DNA of 45,401 bases, from positions 1-45,401 of the IMG/VR virus record IMGVR_UViG_3300010366_000019; one strand, written 5' to 3'. Position 1 is the first letter of the stretch. Each line of letters opens with the position of its first letter. Source of the stretch: a virus (taxonomy: Duplodnaviria > Caudoviricetes). Below the pieces are notes generated by a model. That model was not told the DNA's origin and did no database searches. It saw only the letters and a program-made list of their open reading frames with translations. The translations under genes and the position numbers were made by a program. Below are positions 1 through 7,764 of the stretch, in pieces.

Positions 1-165
1 ATGTCCGAAGACGTCCTCCGCGACGTCGCCGCCCTGGCGTCCGCCCTGGCAGTCCGCAAGGGTGCGGCCCGTCGCAAGGCCACGGCGGCCGCCAAGGCGA
101 ACGCCGCCGCGGCCGAGACGGGTCCGGCGCCGAAGCGCCGTTCCCGCACCGCCGTCGCCGCCTGA
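1..165 (+). CDS. Ala/Lys-rich ORF, probably the C-terminal part of the gene starting at 44777 (window-edge fragment)
   Basis: Open frame MSEDVLRDVAALASAL...RTAVAA-TGA(163-165) with phage-like GC3 codons; composition matches the unterminated ORF at the right end. Confidence 0.6.
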   Translation: MSEDVLRDVAALASALAVRKGAARRKATAAAKANAAAAETGPAPKRRSRTAVAA

Positions 166-166
166 C

Positions 167-182
167 CGCTGCACGTGCAGCG
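167..182. repeat. 16-bp palindrome CGCTGCACGTGCAGCG, copy 1 nt after a stop codon
   Basis: Exact match read from sequence. Confidence 0.95.
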
Positions 183-189
183 CCCGTGA

Positions 190-228
190 AAGGAGCCCCG
201 TCCCCCGTGAGGGGGGCGGGGTTCTTTC
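190..228 (+). terminator. Intrinsic terminator-like hairpin
   Basis: gagccccgtccccc-GTGA-ggggggcggggttc followed by ttt; GNRA loop; G-U pairs valid on + strand. Confidence 0.65.
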
Positions 229-352
229 GCGTCCCGAACCACGTTGCGCCGGACCGCATCGAGCGGTCCGGCGCTACCACCACACCGACCAGCCGCACTC
301 GTCCAACCATGTTGGCCTTGACCAGACAAGTTCTGACCCACATCAACCACGG

Positions 353-368
353 CGCTGCACGTGCAGCG
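353..368. repeat. 16-bp palindrome copy just upstream of an RBS
   Basis: Exact match; gaaagg RBS at 373-378, ATG at 384. Confidence 0.95.
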
Positions 369-383
369 ACCAGAAAGGCAGCC

Positions 384-953
384 ATGCCCAACATCCACAT
401 CCACACCGACGATCCCGACCTTGTCGGCACCATCGTCGCCTACTGCATGTCCATCGACCACGGGCGCCTCAGTGTGTCCGTGGACAACTACGACCACGAC
501 GACTTGACCCACGTGATGCGTCGGGCCTCAGCCGAGACCGGTCGTCGCCTCATCGAATCAATCCGTCAGGCCGACCAGGACGAGGCTGCTCGTCGCTTCG
601 AGTTCCGCCAGGCCCGTGCGGCCGAGGACGAGGCCACCTACGACCGCAACGTCGCCGTCGCCTGCCCCAAGTGCTCGGCCGCACCGACCATGGAGTGCCG
701 TACTGGCAGTGGCAAGGTCTACGCCCGTCCCTTCGTCCACGTGGAGCGTCGGCGGGTGGCCTTCGAGGCCAGCGTGGCCGACCATCCTTCAACGCCCACT
801 GCACGTGCAGCGTTGCGTTGGGGCAACTACTGCCGCTGCGGCCACGACCAGGACATCCACCACAAGATGGGCTGCATCACTGAGGGCTGCACGTGCGTCG
901 AGTTCGTCGACGCCAGCAAGCTGCAGACCACGATCACCCTGGACGAAGTCTGA
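384..953 (+). CDS. Protein with two Cys/His Zn-binding motifs
   Basis: CPKCSAAPTMEC..HVERR and CRCGHDQDIHH..C..CTC motifs; RBS before ATG 384. Confidence 0.75.
   Translation: MPNIHIHTDDPDLVGTIVAYCMSIDHGRLSVSVDNYDHDDLTHVMRRASAETGRRLIESIRQADQDEAARRFEFRQARAAEDEATYDRNVAVACPKCSAAPTMECRTGSGKVYARPFVHVERRRVAFEASVADHPSTPTARAALRWGNYCRCGHDQDIHHKMGCITEGCTCVEFVDASKLQTTITLDEV
797..812. repeat. Palindrome variant CACTGCACGTGCAGCG inside a CDS
   Basis: 15/16 match; lies in the linker between the two Zn motifs (TARAA). Confidence 0.9.
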
Positions 954-1120
954 TGGCCGGCGATCGTTGGTACTGCGTGCAGCTGTTCATCGTGGGTCGC
1001 CGGTTCCCGGTCACCTACCACACCTGGGCCGACGACCCAGATCAGGCCGAGCGTCTGATCTTGGCGGCGCATACCCCGTACGGGCTGGATCACGTCGAGG
1101 TTGAGGAGCAGCACCGCTGA
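953..1120 (+). CDS. Small hypothetical protein (55 aa)
   Basis: TGATG coupling with upstream gene; MAGDRWYCVQLF... Confidence 0.6.
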   Translation: MAGDRWYCVQLFIVGRRFPVTYHTWADDPDQAERLILAAHTPYGLDHVEVEEQHR

Positions 1121-1287
1121 TGGAAGCGCTCCGACTCCTCATCATGTTCCTCGTCGGTCGTGGTGGTCGGCGCTTCGTTGCCTCCGACCGCACCGGTTCG
1201 GTCGACACGTGGACCGTCGTGCTCATCGCCCTGGCCTGCGTGGCCCCGTTCGTCGTCGTCTTCTCAATGATGCTGGCTGGCGTATGA
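1120..1287 (+). CDS. Small membrane protein (55 aa), not in the ORF track
   Basis: TGATG coupling; hydrophobic stretch VVLIALACVAPFVVVFSMMLAGV. Confidence 0.55.
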   Translation: MEALRLLIMFLVGRGGRRFVASDRTGSVDTWTVVLIALACVAPFVVVFSMMLAGV

Positions 1288-1469
1288 GGTACTGGCTACC
1301 GACCGCAGCGCTGTGGTTCATCATCGGCTGGATCCTTGGCGGGTGCCTCGAACAACTCGTGTGCATCTGGCGTGAGCGACCGGCTGTGATCTACGACGAC
1401 TACTACGGGCGCTGGCGCAGCGCTCGTCTGGTCCGGAAGGAACAGGCATGGCGCACCCGTCAGGACTGA
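1284..1469 (+). CDS. Small membrane protein
   Basis: ATGA overlap; MRYWLPTAALWFIIGWILGG hydrophobic N-terminus. Confidence 0.55.
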   Translation: MRYWLPTAALWFIIGWILGGCLEQLVCIWRERPAVIYDDYYGRWRSARLVRKEQAWRTRQD

Positions 1470-1612
1470 CCGACCGACAGGTGGCAGAGATCCAAGACCT
1501 CTGGCACCACCGCATCACCATCGCCTCGCTGGCCGAGCGATACCACATCTCAACCGACATGGTTCGCAAGATCATTGCGATGCCGTATGACGAAGGAGGT
1601 GAGAACAACTAA
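1448..1612 (+). CDS. Small helix-turn-helix DNA-binding protein (54 aa), not in the ORF track
   Basis: aagga RBS; MAHPSGLTDRQVAEIQDLWHHRITIASLAERYHISTDMVRKII, same pattern as the HTH at the C-terminus of the HNH protein (LTEKQVRDI..SIKSIAADYSIHPSTVRRIV). Confidence 0.7.
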   Translation: MAHPSGLTDRQVAEIQDLWHHRITIASLAERYHISTDMVRKIIAMPYDEGGENN

Positions 1613-1628
1613 GCACCGTCCTGTGAAT

Positions 1629-1676
1629 GGCCCCCGTTTCATCGCTGCACGTGCAGCGGTGGGACGGGGGTCTTTG
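1629..1676 (+). terminator. ~20-bp hairpin with the 16-bp palindrome (1643-1658) as apex, followed by a short T-run
   Basis: ggcccccgtttcat-CGCTGCACGTGCAGCG-gtgggacgggggtc-tttg; four G-U pairs valid only on the + strand. Confidence 0.75.
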
Positions 1677-1702
1677 TCATGTCTATCAACAGAAAGGATC
1701 AC

Positions 1703-1960
1703 GTGGATCTACCGCCCATCTTGCAAGACAGACGATTGCATCTCATCGAGATTGGCGAAGACGAACATGGTGCGTACCTCAAGTTCGCAGCCAATCGCAA
1801 TCGTGTGCGTGAGGTGACGCTCTACATGCTGGCTCATGGGCCAGTGAAGTGGGAGTACGTCTACTCACTCTGGGATGCATCAACCAGGACCGTGACCACG
1901 TACCAAGGACCACACGGTGATCCCGAGCGGGATCGTCGTGTCGACATGAGAGGAGCCTGA
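1703..1960 (+). CDS. Hypothetical protein
   Basis: ORF 1679..1960; gaaagga RBS favours GTG 1703. Confidence 0.55.
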   Translation: MDLPPILQDRRLHLIEIGEDEHGAYLKFAANRNRVREVTLYMLAHGPVKWEYVYSLWDASTRTVTTYQGPHGDPERDRRVDMRGA

Positions 1961-2184
1961 TGCCCTGGATCAAATCCACCTACACGTACGAGAAGGCCGT
2001 GACCGGCGAGAACGAGACTGTCCCGATCTACATCAACCTCGACCAAGTGCGTGCCATCCGTCGCACGCCCAACGGTTGGGCCCGCATCCTGTGGGCCGCA
2101 CGAGTGGACGCCATCATCCTCGGCGAGACGTACGAGGAGTTCATCATCCGCGTACGGAACCTCACGGGGCCGGAAGCCGGGTGA
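1960..2184 (+). CDS. Small hypothetical protein (74 aa)
   Basis: TGATG coupling, ggag RBS, good codon usage. Confidence 0.65.
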   Translation: MPWIKSTYTYEKAVTGENETVPIYINLDQVRAIRRTPNGWARILWAARVDAIILGETYEEFIIRVRNLTGPEAG

Positions 2185-2213
2185 GCGTTCCGGCGACACC
2201 ACCAACCAACCAG

Positions 2214-2229
2214 CGCTGCACGTGCAGCG
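2214..2229. repeat. 16-bp palindrome copy, intergenic
   Basis: Exact match upstream of the AAA ATPase RBS. Confidence 0.95.
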
Positions 2230-2266
2230 ACCATCTCTACACGCCCAACTTCAAGGAGAACAACTG

Positions 2267-3814
2267 ATGGCCAGCAAGGCCGTAGCCCGCAAGCAGGCGG
2301 AGATCGACGAACAGGTCGTCAACCTGCTCGCCCAGCTGGGTGGGACCAGGACCAAGGACGAGGAAGTCGAGTTCGCCGGGACGGCGTTCATCTTCCCCGA
2401 GAACTACCGCGGTGACCTGAAGGGGATCCAGAACTGGATCAACCGCTACGTCGAGGCCCAGAACGAGGTCGTGCAGGTCGTCAAGACCTTCAACTACCGA
2501 CCGAACGACGGTGCGCACGCCACGTACCAGATGCTGAAGAAGTTCTTCGGCTACGCCCAGAGCAAGGCCAAGCAGGGGATGTTCGGTCCCGTGCCGCCCG
2601 AGGAGATCGTGATCCCGACCGGCTTCGTCGATGGTCGGCTGCAGACCATGAGCATCCCGTGGGGCGACATGGTGCTGCCCCTGGTCGGGGCCGTGATGTC
2701 GATGCAGATCAACTACGAGACGGACATGGGTCCGCTCTTCCAGCTGAACACCCGGTGCCGCAAGGTGCACAAGGAGGTGATCGAGGGCTTCTACAAGGCC
2801 GTCGAGGGCTACCTCGAAGAGCACTCGCTCTACCGGGGCCACGCCGTCAACGGTGCGATGGAGTTCATCGACACCGATCGAGTGGATCCGAAGCAGTTCG
2901 TCTACAGCGAGCAGGTGTGGGTCGACGCCGAGGTGCACATCTTCAGCCCGATGCGGGATCGCAAGATCCTGGATGGGGCGGGGCTGGACCCCAAGCGGGT
3001 CGTGCTGCTCGAAGGCCCGTTCGGCACCGGCAAGTCGGGCCTCGGTCGTACCGCCTCCAAGGTGGCGGTGGCCAACGGCTGGACAGCGCTGATCTGCCGA
3101 CCGGGTCAGGACGATCCGTTCGAGGTGATGCGCACGGCTCGTCTGTACCTGCCCATCGAGGGCAAGGACACCGGTGGGTGCATGGTGTTCATGGAGGACA
3201 TCGACGTGCTCAGCCAGCAGCACAACGATCCGCAGTACACCTCCAAGCTGCTCGACGCCTTCGATGGCTTCGAGACCAAGGGTCACCCGTTCGTGCTGGT
3301 GATGACCACCAACCACGCCGAGGAGATCACGCAGGGCATGACCCGACCGGGTCGCATCCACGGGATCATCTCGATCGGAGCGATGGATCGTCCCGGCGTG
3401 GAGAAGCTGTGCAAGACCGTCATCGGCGACAAGCTGGACCCCGACGTCGACTACGACGCCGTGTACGCAGCGACCGAGGGCTACATGCCGGCGTTCGTGC
3501 GGGAGGCCATCGAGCGCAGCCTGCGCTACGTCATCGCTCGCACCGGTGACGTGGGGATCATCACCACCGAGGATCTCGTCCACGCCTGCGGTTCGCTGCG
3601 GGCGCAGTTCGATCTCCACATGGCAGCCGAGGATCGACCGGGCAAGCTGCCCGCCCTCGACCAGATGCTGCGCAACATGATCACCGAGCAGGCGAACATC
3701 GATCCGGCCATCATCCAGCGCACGGTGCGCAACGCCGTGCAGCGCAGCGTGGATGGCGCCGTCCTCATCAGCGAGGACAGCGGCGACCACGAGTACACCG
3801 TCCGCATCCCGTGA
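2267..3814 (+). CDS. AAA+ ATPase
   Basis: Walker A GPFGTGKS, Walker B VFMEDID, TTN sensor-1 and RPGR arginine finger; aaggag RBS before ATG 2267. Confidence 0.9.
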   Translation: MASKAVARKQAEIDEQVVNLLAQLGGTRTKDEEVEFAGTAFIFPENYRGDLKGIQNWINRYVEAQNEVVQVVKTFNYRPNDGAHATYQMLKKFFGYAQSKAKQGMFGPVPPEEIVIPTGFVDGRLQTMSIPWGDMVLPLVGAVMSMQINYETDMGPLFQLNTRCRKVHKEVIEGFYKAVEGYLEEHSLYRGHAVNGAMEFIDTDRVDPKQFVYSEQVWVDAEVHIFSPMRDRKILDGAGLDPKRVVLLEGPFGTGKSGLGRTASKVAVANGWTALICRPGQDDPFEVMRTARLYLPIEGKDTGGCMVFMEDIDVLSQQHNDPQYTSKLLDAFDGFETKGHPFVLVMTTNHAEEITQGMTRPGRIHGIISIGAMDRPGVEKLCKTVIGDKLDPDVDYDAVYAATEGYMPAFVREAIERSLRYVIARTGDVGIITTEDLVHACGSLRAQFDLHMAAEDRPGKLPALDQMLRNMITEQANIDPAIIQRTVRNAVQRSVDGAVLISEDSGDHEYTVRIP

Positions 3815-3819
3815 CCAAC

Positions 3820-3853
3820 GTGAGGGCCCACTGCACATGCAGTGGGCCCTCAC
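3820..3853. repeat. Perfect 16-bp-arm inverted repeat centred on palindrome variant CACTGCACATGCAGTG (3829-3844)
   Basis: gtgagggcccactgca-ca-tgcagtgggccctcac, 5 nt after the ATPase stop. Confidence 0.9.
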
Positions 3854-3877
3854 CCGTATCCCGCAAGGAGGAAGTTA

Positions 3878-4456
3878 ATGGACGAATGGAAGATCTTCGG
3901 CGAGAACGAGGACGGCAGACCAGGCTCATTTGAAGAGATCCTGGAACTGACGAAGCACTTCGTCGAAGAGCACGACATGCCTCCGTACGAGGCGATGGGC
4001 TACATCATCGACATGGTCCGACCAGGCCACAGCGACAACAGCCACGACGTGAGGCCCATCTTCGTCGGTGCGATGTACGCCCTGGGCTTCGGCGAGTTGT
4101 CCGAGAAGTTCGGGTCCGTGTTCGTCAACACCATGCCGTGGGGCGTGGGTTTCTGCATCGGGGTCGACCACGACTTCGACTTCCACGCCACATCGCCCGA
4201 GGGGCGTCAGGCTGTCATGCGCTCGCTGTGCGTGATCCTGGAGTCAGGCGGCATGAACGTCTCGCTCGACGGCGAGCAGCACATCCTGATGCAGATGGGA
4301 GACGACGGCCCATCGACCAAGCTGAACATCGATGACATCGTCGCCGGGTTCCGACGCTCGATGGACGATGAGCTCGGCGAGACGCCCGAGCCCCGGCTCA
4401 AGTGGAAGGACAAGGCCATCGATCCCGAGGACCCGATCCGCAAGTGGATCATCTAA
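3878..4456 (+). CDS. Hypothetical protein
   Basis: aaggagg RBS, ATG 3878, strong GC3 bias. Confidence 0.75.
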   Translation: MDEWKIFGENEDGRPGSFEEILELTKHFVEEHDMPPYEAMGYIIDMVRPGHSDNSHDVRPIFVGAMYALGFGELSEKFGSVFVNTMPWGVGFCIGVDHDFDFHATSPEGRQAVMRSLCVILESGGMNVSLDGEQHILMQMGDDGPSTKLNIDDIVAGFRRSMDDELGETPEPRLKWKDKAIDPEDPIRKWII

Positions 4457-4459
4457 GAC

Positions 4460-4475
4460 CGCTGCACGTGCAGCG
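4460..4475. repeat. 16-bp palindrome copy 3 nt after a stop codon
   Basis: Exact match. Confidence 0.95.
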
Positions 4476-4589
4476 ATGATCTGGATCCCTGCTCCCTCTC
4501 TCGCAGGGGTCTAGAAAGGTAGGGGCCGTCGGGCTGTGCAAGCAGTCCGGCGGCTCCACCAACCAAGCAAGCCACACAGAAAGTAGAAA

Positions 4590-5702
4590 ATGACTATTGA
4601 CCTTGACGACTACGAGTTCGTCACCACACTCAATCCGATCGACGTCGCCAGTGTCAGAGATCCTGGCATGGCCTCGCTGGTGCTGCTGGCAGCCAGCATG
4701 GGCTGGAACGTCCTGCAGAAGCCACGCAACCCCGTGGTGATCACATCTCGGGGTGGCACGCAGAAGCGGCTGCCATCAGACACGTCGATCCGCATGAGCG
4801 TCTTCCAGACCAGCCTCTCGACGATCTTGGCCTACTCAGCGGCTGAGGACATGAAGGCAGGGACACCTGACCTGATCGACGCCATCGTCGCCATCACCAA
4901 GCCGTCGCACGAGCACCGCCGACGGCTGTACCTGGCGGTCGGCGAGGACACCAAGGCCCACCGAGACCGCGTGAACAACCACGAGGAAGGCCCCAAGGGC
5001 CCACGGGAGCCGCAGCCGCTGACCACCCGCATCGAGGTGCCGGAGATGCCCGAGCCCGAGCCCGAGCTCGCTGCACGTGCAGCGACGCTGATGGACAACG
5101 AGATGTACCGCCAGGGACCTGCGGACGGTGACGACCACGGGATGCTCGTGGACGTCGTCGAGTTCTTCCCAACTCGCCACACCGGCAAGGAGGTCCAGCT
5201 GCGCTACCTCAGCGACAGTAGCTACCAGCGGATCTGGGAGGACGACTTCGTCGACTACGTCTGCATCGTCTGCGGCCAGCCGAAAACCACGTCGAAGGGT
5301 ATGGGCCCACATCGTCAGGCCCACTTCCGCAAGGGCGACATCGAGCGCGGGCCCTCGCCATGGGAGCGGCCGAAGGTTGCCATCGCCTTGCCAGAGCCGC
5401 AGGAGCCGATCCTGGAGTGGGAGACGCCCGAGGGGCTCGAAGAGCCCGCTGCACGTGCAGTGGAGGAAGAGGAGCCGCCGGTGCGCCAGGACCCCGAGCC
5501 ACACATCAGCGTGCCTCCCGACCCGGAAGCCAGCGTGCTGGCTGAGATCCGGGCCCTCGTCATGCCCGACACCATGGAGTACGTCGCCAAGCTGGAGAAG
5601 GAGAACCAAGAGCTCCGCCTGCGCCTCGCTGAGGTAGAGGGTGAGTTCGATGCCTTCATCGACATGGCCACGTCCCGGCGCAAGCGCCCGGATGGAAGTT
5701 GA
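4590..5702 (+). CDS. Protein with a C2H2-type zinc finger and C-terminal coiled coil
   Basis: CIVC-x12-HRQAH canonical spacing; EYVAKLEKENQELRLRLAEVE coiled coil. Confidence 0.7.
   Translation: MTIDLDDYEFVTTLNPIDVASVRDPGMASLVLLAASMGWNVLQKPRNPVVITSRGGTQKRLPSDTSIRMSVFQTSLSTILAYSAAEDMKAGTPDLIDAIVAITKPSHEHRRRLYLAVGEDTKAHRDRVNNHEEGPKGPREPQPLTTRIEVPEMPEPEPELAARAATLMDNEMYRQGPADGDDHGMLVDVVEFFPTRHTGKEVQLRYLSDSSYQRIWEDDFVDYVCIVCGQPKTTSKGMGPHRQAHFRKGDIERGPSPWERPKVAIALPEPQEPILEWETPEGLEEPAARAVEEEEPPVRQDPEPHISVPPDPEASVLAEIRALVMPDTMEYVAKLEKENQELRLRLAEVEGEFDAFIDMATSRRKRPDGS
5069..5084. repeat. 16-bp palindrome copy inside a CDS
   Basis: Exact match, read as AARAA in a Pro/Glu linker. Confidence 0.95.
5447..5462. 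repeat. Palindrome variant CGCTGCACGTGCAGTG inside a CDS
   Basis: 15/16 match, read as AARAV. Confidence 0.9.
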
Positions 5703-6213
5703 CCCTGAGGTAGCTGCCCTGCTGGACGACCTGCCGGCGACCACGTTGCCGGATGAGCTCGTCCAGCAGGGCTGGGGCAAGATCAGCATGAAGCGGGCGC
5801 TGGGGTCTGGCCTCGCTGAGTTGAAGGCGCCGGACACCGAGCAGCAGCCTGTCTACGACCACGACTGCTACCAGTGCGGGCGCCCGATCGTCCCGGGGCG
5901 TGGCTACGTGTGGACCGACCACGCCGGGCGCTCGTGGTGTGACGCTGTGCTCGTCGAGGAGCGGATCCACCACAAGCACTTCCCCGAAGGGGAACTGGCG
6001 ACCCGCCAGGCGGAGGCCAAGCTCCACGCCCAGCAGTTCGAGGACATGCAGGCTCGGATGCGGATCAAGCAGCCACCTACGCCCAGGGTCAAGGTCACCG
6101 GCATGTGCTCGGCCGTCAAGAACAAGCACCAAGACCACCAATGCATGTGCAACCACGTGGGCAACCACTTCGGCTTCCACGAGTGCACGTCCTGTCATCA
6201 CCTATGGAGGTAA
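5692..6213 (+). CDS. Cys/His-rich hypothetical protein
   Basis: CYQC..C..H and C..HQCMC..H..HECTSC motifs. Confidence 0.65.
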   Translation: MEVDPEVAALLDDLPATTLPDELVQQGWGKISMKRALGSGLAELKAPDTEQQPVYDHDCYQCGRPIVPGRGYVWTDHAGRSWCDAVLVEERIHHKHFPEGELATRQAEAKLHAQQFEDMQARMRIKQPPTPRVKVTGMCSAVKNKHQDHQCMCNHVGNHFGFHECTSCHHLWR

Positions 6214-6216
6214 CCC

Positions 6217-6516
6217 ATGAACAACGACGACACCATCCTGGTGCTCGTCCCCACTACCGACATCCCACGGGGCAAGCCGACCTGGTCGAAGCAGTACTGC
6301 ATGGTCTGCGGCCAGGAGGTCTGGATGTCGGACGAGGCCTACCGGTACTGGGAGCAGCGCGACTTCAAGCCAACGATCCAGTGCGCACCGTGCGCCGTGT
6401 GCTCCGCACCCGAGCTCAGCGGGGCCGAGTCGGTCCCCGGGACCGGCGTCGACAAGAAGACGCTGAAGGACATGGTCAAGTGGATGTCCAAGCGCTACGG
6501 GAAGAAGGAATCATGA
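6217..6516 (+). CDS. Zn-ribbon-like small protein
   Basis: ggagg RBS; CMVC...CAPC. Confidence 0.65.
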   Translation: MNNDDTILVLVPTTDIPRGKPTWSKQYCMVCGQEVWMSDEAYRYWEQRDFKPTIQCAPCAVCSAPELSGAESVPGTGVDKKTLKDMVKWMSKRYGKKES

Positions 6517-6788
6517 ACCGTGCTGCACGTGCAGCGAGCATTTCGGCGGCTCCACTGATCGTTGCCGCTGTGCTGGCCACATCTGGCTGCAGCGACACCA
6601 CCCTGGAGGATTTGCCGAACAACAAGCAGGACATCGTCCAGGTCCCGGTGACCGTCTACCAGATGCCGGACCAGTTCCCGAACATCGTCTTCTTCTGCAA
6701 CGGGACGACGGGGATGTACATCAACACACGGCAGGCCAACTCGACCGTCCTCAACCCCAACGATCCGAAGTGTGCCGACCATGGATGA
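6513..6788 (+). CDS. Putative lipoprotein
   Basis: aagga RBS; signal MNRAARAASISAAPLIVAAVLATSG-C lipobox-like. Confidence 0.65.
   Translation: MNRAARAASISAAPLIVAAVLATSGCSDTTLEDLPNNKQDIVQVPVTVYQMPDQFPNIVFFCNGTTGMYINTRQANSTVLNPNDPKCADHG
6521..6536. repeat. Palindrome variant TGCTGCACGTGCAGCG in signal-peptide codons
   Basis: 15/16 match. Confidence 0.9.
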
Positions 6789-6975
6789 GCTCGGCCTGCC
6801 CGACAACGAGTACGTCGGCCTGCGCCACGAGGATCGCGAGTTCCTGGAGGGCTACGTGCGTGGCGACGTCAGCAAGGAAGAGTTCGTCGCCCGCTACGGC
6901 CAGCCCGATGGCACCATCGCCATCCCCGTGTTCATCGTCGGCGTCCCGAAGCAGAAGGAGGACGACCATGGATGA
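6781..6975 (+). CDS. Small hypothetical protein
   Basis: ORF with phage codon usage, overlapping neighbours by a few nt. Confidence 0.55.
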   Translation: MDELGLPDNEYVGLRHEDREFLEGYVRGDVSKEEFVARYGQPDGTIAIPVFIVGVPKQKEDDHG

Positions 6976-7192
6976 GGTCACCTGCGCCGACTGCGGCGTT
7001 CCCCTCGTCACGAAGCTGGGTCGCTGGGCCCAGGTGATCAACAAGGAGGCCTCCCAGCAGTGGGAGTTCTGCTGCCGGGTCACGTACCGGATGACGCCCG
7101 AGGGTCCGTTCCTCGAAGCAGCCGACTACCACTGCATCGACAAGGCACGGCAGGTCCACTGGACGATCACACCGAAGCGAGACGACGAGTGA
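6968..7192 (+). CDS. Small CxxC protein
   Basis: aggagg RBS; MDEVTCADCGVPL. Confidence 0.6.
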   Translation: MDEVTCADCGVPLVTKLGRWAQVINKEASQQWEFCCRVTYRMTPEGPFLEAADYHCIDKARQVHWTITPKRDDE

Positions 7193-7281
7193 CCGGCGTC
7201 GCGCTAGGCATCGCCATCGGTGCCGTGATCGTCGGCATCGTCAACCTGTACATCCAAGTAAGGAGGCACAAGCGTGGTTAA
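7189..7281 (+). CDS. 30-aa single-TM microprotein
   Basis: GTGA overlap; GVALGIAIGAVIVGIVNLYI followed by RRHKRG. Confidence 0.5.
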   Translation: MTGVALGIAIGAVIVGIVNLYIQVRRHKRG

Positions 7282-7447
7282 GCGCAAGATCGCCACCGGG
7301 GACGAGCAGGACGTCCACACCGGATGGCGGAAGTACTACTGCTGGACGCAGCGAGCCGGAGCGACCGCTGCGGTGAAGCGTCGGACCCGTCGTCGTGAGC
7401 GGCGTGAAGGCAAGGTCGAGACACGTCGGGAGGCCAGAGATGGCTGA
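7274..7447 (+). CDS. Small basic protein (57 aa), not in the ORF track
   Basis: aggagg RBS; MVKRKIATGDEQDVHTGWRKYYCW...KRRTRRRERR. Confidence 0.65.
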   Translation: MVKRKIATGDEQDVHTGWRKYYCWTQRAGATAAVKRRTRRRERREGKVETRREARDG

Positions 7448-7571
7448 CGAACCGCTGTCCGATTTCCCCGGACCGCTGTACCAGCGGTGCGAGGACCCCG
7501 ACTGCAAGTACGCACACGGCGCTGATCCGCCGCGTGTCCACTACCACTTCAAAGGAAAGGGTGATGGCTGA
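7440..7571 (+). CDS. Small Cys/His protein (43 aa)
   Basis: ggagg RBS; RCEDPDCKYAHG..HYH. Confidence 0.45.
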   Translation: MADEPLSDFPGPLYQRCEDPDCKYAHGADPPRVHYHFKGKGDG

Positions 7572-7764
7572 TGTAACCGAGCCGCTTGACACGACGCACC
7601 GCGTTTCGCAGGTGCTCACCGCCCTCGTACGTCAGGTGTTCACAGACCTCCAGAAGCAGGCAGCGACGTGGGAGCCACGTCCCATGCCTGATGACTGGGA
7701 AAGGCCGCTGCACGTGCAGCGGCAAGAGCAAGGGAGGAGAGATGACAGGAACACCGCCGCCTGA
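7564..7764 (+). CDS. Small hypothetical protein
   Basis: aaggaaagg RBS; MADVTEPL... Confidence 0.5.
   Translation: MADVTEPLDTTHRVSQVLTALVRQVFTDLQKQAATWEPRPMPDDWERPLHVQRQEQGRRDDRNTAA
7706..7721. repeat. 16-bp palindrome copy (extends to 20 bp, 7704-7723)
   Basis: gcCGCTGCACGTGCAGCGgc, just upstream of the RBS of gene 7742. Confidence 0.95.

Noticed and set aside
167-182. Palindrome as merely restriction sites (CACGTG, GTGCAG, GCWGC)
   Set aside because: Restriction pressure depletes rather than enriches sites and would not conserve all 16 bp
186-383. N-terminal extension of the 384..953 gene, or in-frame fusion across the window junction
   Set aside because: Crosses a terminator-like hairpin with poor codon usage; a clear RBS precedes ATG 384
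885-900. GGCTGCACGTGCGTCG as another motif copy
   Set aside because: Only 13/16, breaks the invariant TGCAG arm, and is explained by ordinary codons for Gly-Cys-Thr-Cys-Val
167-7721. Palindrome cluster as a CRISPR array or REP/MITE family
   Set aside because: Spacing is irregular (186-1615 bp) and spans whole genes; flanks are not shared; no target-site duplications, transposase or cas operon seen
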